DNA of 64,000 bases from Rhizaria sp. SCN 62-66 (taxonomy: Eukaryota). Every line of letters begins with the position of its first letter. The stretch's first letter is position 1. The translations under genes were made by a program, and so were the position numbers. The notes below the pieces were generated by a model that made no database searches, was not told where the DNA came from, and saw only the letters and a program-made list of their open reading frames with translations. The DNA lies in the NCBI GenBank assembly GCA_001724265.1, contig MEDY01000013.1, positions 62,001-126,000 of the forward strand. The letters are read 5' to 3'. This document shows positions 61,521-64,000 of the stretch, piece by piece.

Positions 61521-64000
61521 TTACATGAACTTCATCATCAGTGACCCGACAATAGAGTCTAGCGGTGTAGCGACCTCATCAAGTTTGCCATCAGTGTAAT
61601 GAACAAGCGTCAATGGCACATTAAGTGATTCTACCAAGAAAACGCCTTGCTTGACACCGTGCACCCAAGTCCCAGACATCTTCCTGCCAGCCTCGCTGAA
61701 CCATTGCGTCCCGTGTCCGTGCCTAAGTCCGTCAAGCATCTCGACCTTGTACGACGTGCGACCGCCCGCGCTCCACTGCGTCTTTGTTGGGCACGTGCGT
61801 AGTGCCCTGTACGCGCCGTACTCTGCTGTGTAGGCCGATAGTAGCCCATTCCGAGACTTGATCCTCACTTCTTTCTCCCAGCAAATCCTTGCGTTCTCAC
61901 GCGCTTCACGCTGGTCATAACAATCTTGCTCGCGGGCAGCTTGCGCAGACAACTTGTTAGCCTTTGCCTGGAGCTTCGCCGCGCGTTTCAACGCTTCACG
62001 CTCACGCGGAATATCCTCAGCACAAGTGCGGAACGGCCATGGGAATGAAGTGTCAGTGTCGCGGTCGCGGTCAACAATGGAGCTGTAGAGTTGTTGTTGC
62101 CTGCAAACTTCAGCGAATGAACTCCTCTCAATTGGAAATATCCGACGCATCAAAGTGAATGCAAGTGATGCGTACTTGGGATCCGTGTATCGATCGTTCT
62201 CGGCAGCGAGCAGGATGCGATGAAGGTCAGTCAAACCCTTGGCGTTTAGTTGTTGAGCTAACACCGAAGGCTTCGTGGGCCCTGCAAAGTCAGCCCCGCT
62301 GCCATTTGCAGCGCCGGGAATAGCTGCTGGCTCCGCAAAAACATCAGTTCCTTCATCGCGAGCAACCACGCTGTCGCACAAGCCGTCGACATCAAAGACG
62401 GAGGCATCAGAGGAGTCACAAGCTTCACCCTTCGCAGCAGATGCCACCTTATTTTCGTCATCATCCTCTGCAACACGCTCATTGGCATCAGTAACGTTTG
62501 CAGCGCAATTATTATTTGTGGGAATACCACGCGCATCAGCCGTCATCGTGTCAGTAGCAGCGGTAATGTCCGTGGTGGCAGCATCATTTTCAGCAACAGC
62601 AGCCATAGCACCTGTATCAGCACCTGCCAATGTGGCATCAACGGCACTAGCAGAGGCATCGGAAAACTCTGTATCCGCATTCGCCGCGGCAGCGGCGGAT
62701 GCAGGGGCGCTATTGGTGATCACAGTGACATCAACGACACTCTTGGTGGTGTCCTCAATAGTTTCCGTAGTGGTCTCATCTGCATTTGCATCTGCGTCAG
62801 CGAGATGCCTGGCGGCATCAGATGCAGTGGTGCTATTAGCTGCCGCGGCAACAGTGAGAGGCTTCGTACCGTCGTCGGCGACTTTCACGGCAGTGCTGGC
62901 CGTGGTTTTGGTAACAGTCTCTTCAGGTGTCCACAACGCGGAATAGTGTTCAAACATCTGTTCCGCCTCAGCCGCAGCATGCGTGCAGAGGTCTCGGATT
63001 GTCTGCTGTGACATTTCAAAACCAAGCAATAGGATGTCATGCAACAGCACAATTAGGCTGTCTAAGTCCCACGCAGGCGGGTCGGCCTGCGAGGCTCCCA
63101 GTGCCCACAACATGCCTGGCAAGGTCTCGAGTAAAAGGTACATATCCTTAGCGCCAGTATAAGCCAGCTCGTGCTTGATCTGAGATGATAGGCCCTGGGA
63201 CATCGTGCCTAGAGACAGAATCACCCTCTCTTCGTGAGCGAGCGACTTCGCTTGGTCAGCTAGTACAAGGTTCTTTGTCGGAATAGTACCTACCTTAAGG
63301 CTATCATTAAACTTCCGATACAGGTTCAAGTAGAGCATCCGAATCGCAGCGAACTCGCGCGCGTTGAGACATGGGACAAAACGGATTCGGTACCACAGAC
63401 GCAGTCGTGCCATGAAACACGCGTCTATCGCTGCATTACTGCGCAAAGACGCGCTAGACACGGCTTCGAGTGGCATCCATTCTAAAACGGCTTTGTCAGA
63501 TGCATCTAACTCTGCCTGTGAGCCGACAGGATACGGTGGAGTCGAGATATTCAACCACGCGTAAGATATAGAATTAATCAAAGGTTTTGTTAGTGCAGCA
63601 ATGCTTTTGGGTATGGCAATCTTGTGGGAAAAGCCGTAATGATCCGAGTATTCAGCTTGCAGAGCGACTTCACGTGCAAGCACACGACCAAGATCATCCA
63701 GAAAAGCATCGAGAGGCCTTCCACCGTCGAAAACTCCGGTGGATACGCCACCACTTATCACACTCATCACTTTGAAAAATTTCTCACCGAGATAAGTATG
63801 CGCCCCGGTCGCGGATAGCAGCACACCAAGCAGAGCATGCTCAAGAAGCGGGTGTGTCACCAGCGCCAATGCCATCTCCAAGATCTCTTGGTGAAACGTG
63901 CGCTCGGCATCCGTCATTGCACGCTTGCCAAACCGCTTTGTGACCCACGTCTCTGTTGCTAGTTGGAAGCCCGGGATGCGATTCAGGACATTTGCAAATG
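61521..64000 (-). CDS. Hypothetical protein with C-terminal MORN-like repeat, probably 5'-truncated
   Basis: The frame stays open from ATG 63917 to the window edge. GLRHGHGTQWFSEAGRKMSGTWVHGVKQG is MORN-like. Central Ala/Asp/Thr-rich linker. Stop TAA. Confidence 0.65.
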   Translation of the reverse strand, partial: FANVLNRIPGFQLATETWVTKRFGKRAMTDAERTFHQEILEMALALVTHPLLEHALLGVLLSATGAHTYLGEKFFKVMSVISGGVSTGVFDGGRPLDAFLDDLGRVLAREVALQAEYSDHYGFSHKIAIPKSIAALTKPLINSISYAWLNISTPPYPVGSQAELDASDKAVLEWMPLEAVSSASLRSNAAIDACFMARLRLWYRIRFVPCLNAREFAAIRMLYLNLYRKFNDSLKVGTIPTKNLVLADQAKSLAHEERVILSLGTMSQGLSSQIKHELAYTGAKDMYLLLETLPGMLWALGASQADPPAWDLDSLIVLLHDILLLGFEMSQQTIRDLCTHAAAEAEQMFEHYSALWTPEETVTKTTASTAVKVADDGTKPLTVAAAANSTTASDAARHLADADANADETTTETIEDTTKSVVDVTVITNSAPASAAAAANADTEFSDASASAVDATLAGADTGAMAAVAENDAATTDITAATDTMTADARGIPTNNNCAANVTDANERVAEDDDENKVASAAKGEACDSSDASVFDVDGLCDSVVARDEGTDVFAEPAAIPGAANGSGADFAGPTKPSVLAQQLNAKGLTDLHRILLAAENDRYTDPKYASLAFTLMRRIFPIERSSFAEVCRQQQLYSSIVDRDRDTDTSFPWPFRTCAEDIPREREALKRAAKLQAKANKLSAQAAREQDCYDQREARENARICWEKEVRIKSRNGLLSAYTAEYGAYRALRTCPTKTQWSAGGRTSYKVEMLDGLRHGHGTQWFSEAGRKMSGTWVHGVKQGVFLVESLNVPLTLVHYTDGKLDEVATPLDSIVGSLMMKFM

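Noticed and set aside
1-64000. tRNA (including a CUA-anticodon suppressor), rRNA or transposon
   Set aside because: No cloverleaf, rRNA, transposase or reverse transcriptase signature was recognised by eye. A tRNAscan-SE/Infernal run would be needed to exclude small RNAs in the spacers.

Overview
Gene-dense eukaryotic (protist-like) nuclear DNA: GC-rich exons, AT-rich 119-318 bp spliceosomal introns and short intergenic spacers. Twelve protein-coding genes can be modelled: an insulysin-like M16 peptidase (5'-truncated), a class 2 DYRK kinase, an intronless ~5,800-aa F-box/WD40 protein, a secreted calcineurin-like metallophosphoesterase, an IPT/TIG-like membrane protein, a small Oxidored-like (CCxxGCxxC) protein, ALG12, a C69 peptidase, a VPS10/sortilin, a UBE2D/E-like E2, a ~3,700-aa low-complexity protein and a 5'-truncated MORN-like protein. 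The main signal is that TAG appears not to act as a stop. Five in-frame TAGs sit inside three otherwise uninterrupted genes, one within a conserved domain, and all 12 gene models end in TAA (7) or TGA (5). This points to a variant nuclear genetic code, probably UAG=Gln, although editing, readthrough or mutation are not excluded. Also notable: none of the 15 intron donors has the usual +4A (13 have +4C), and one is a GC-AG intron.
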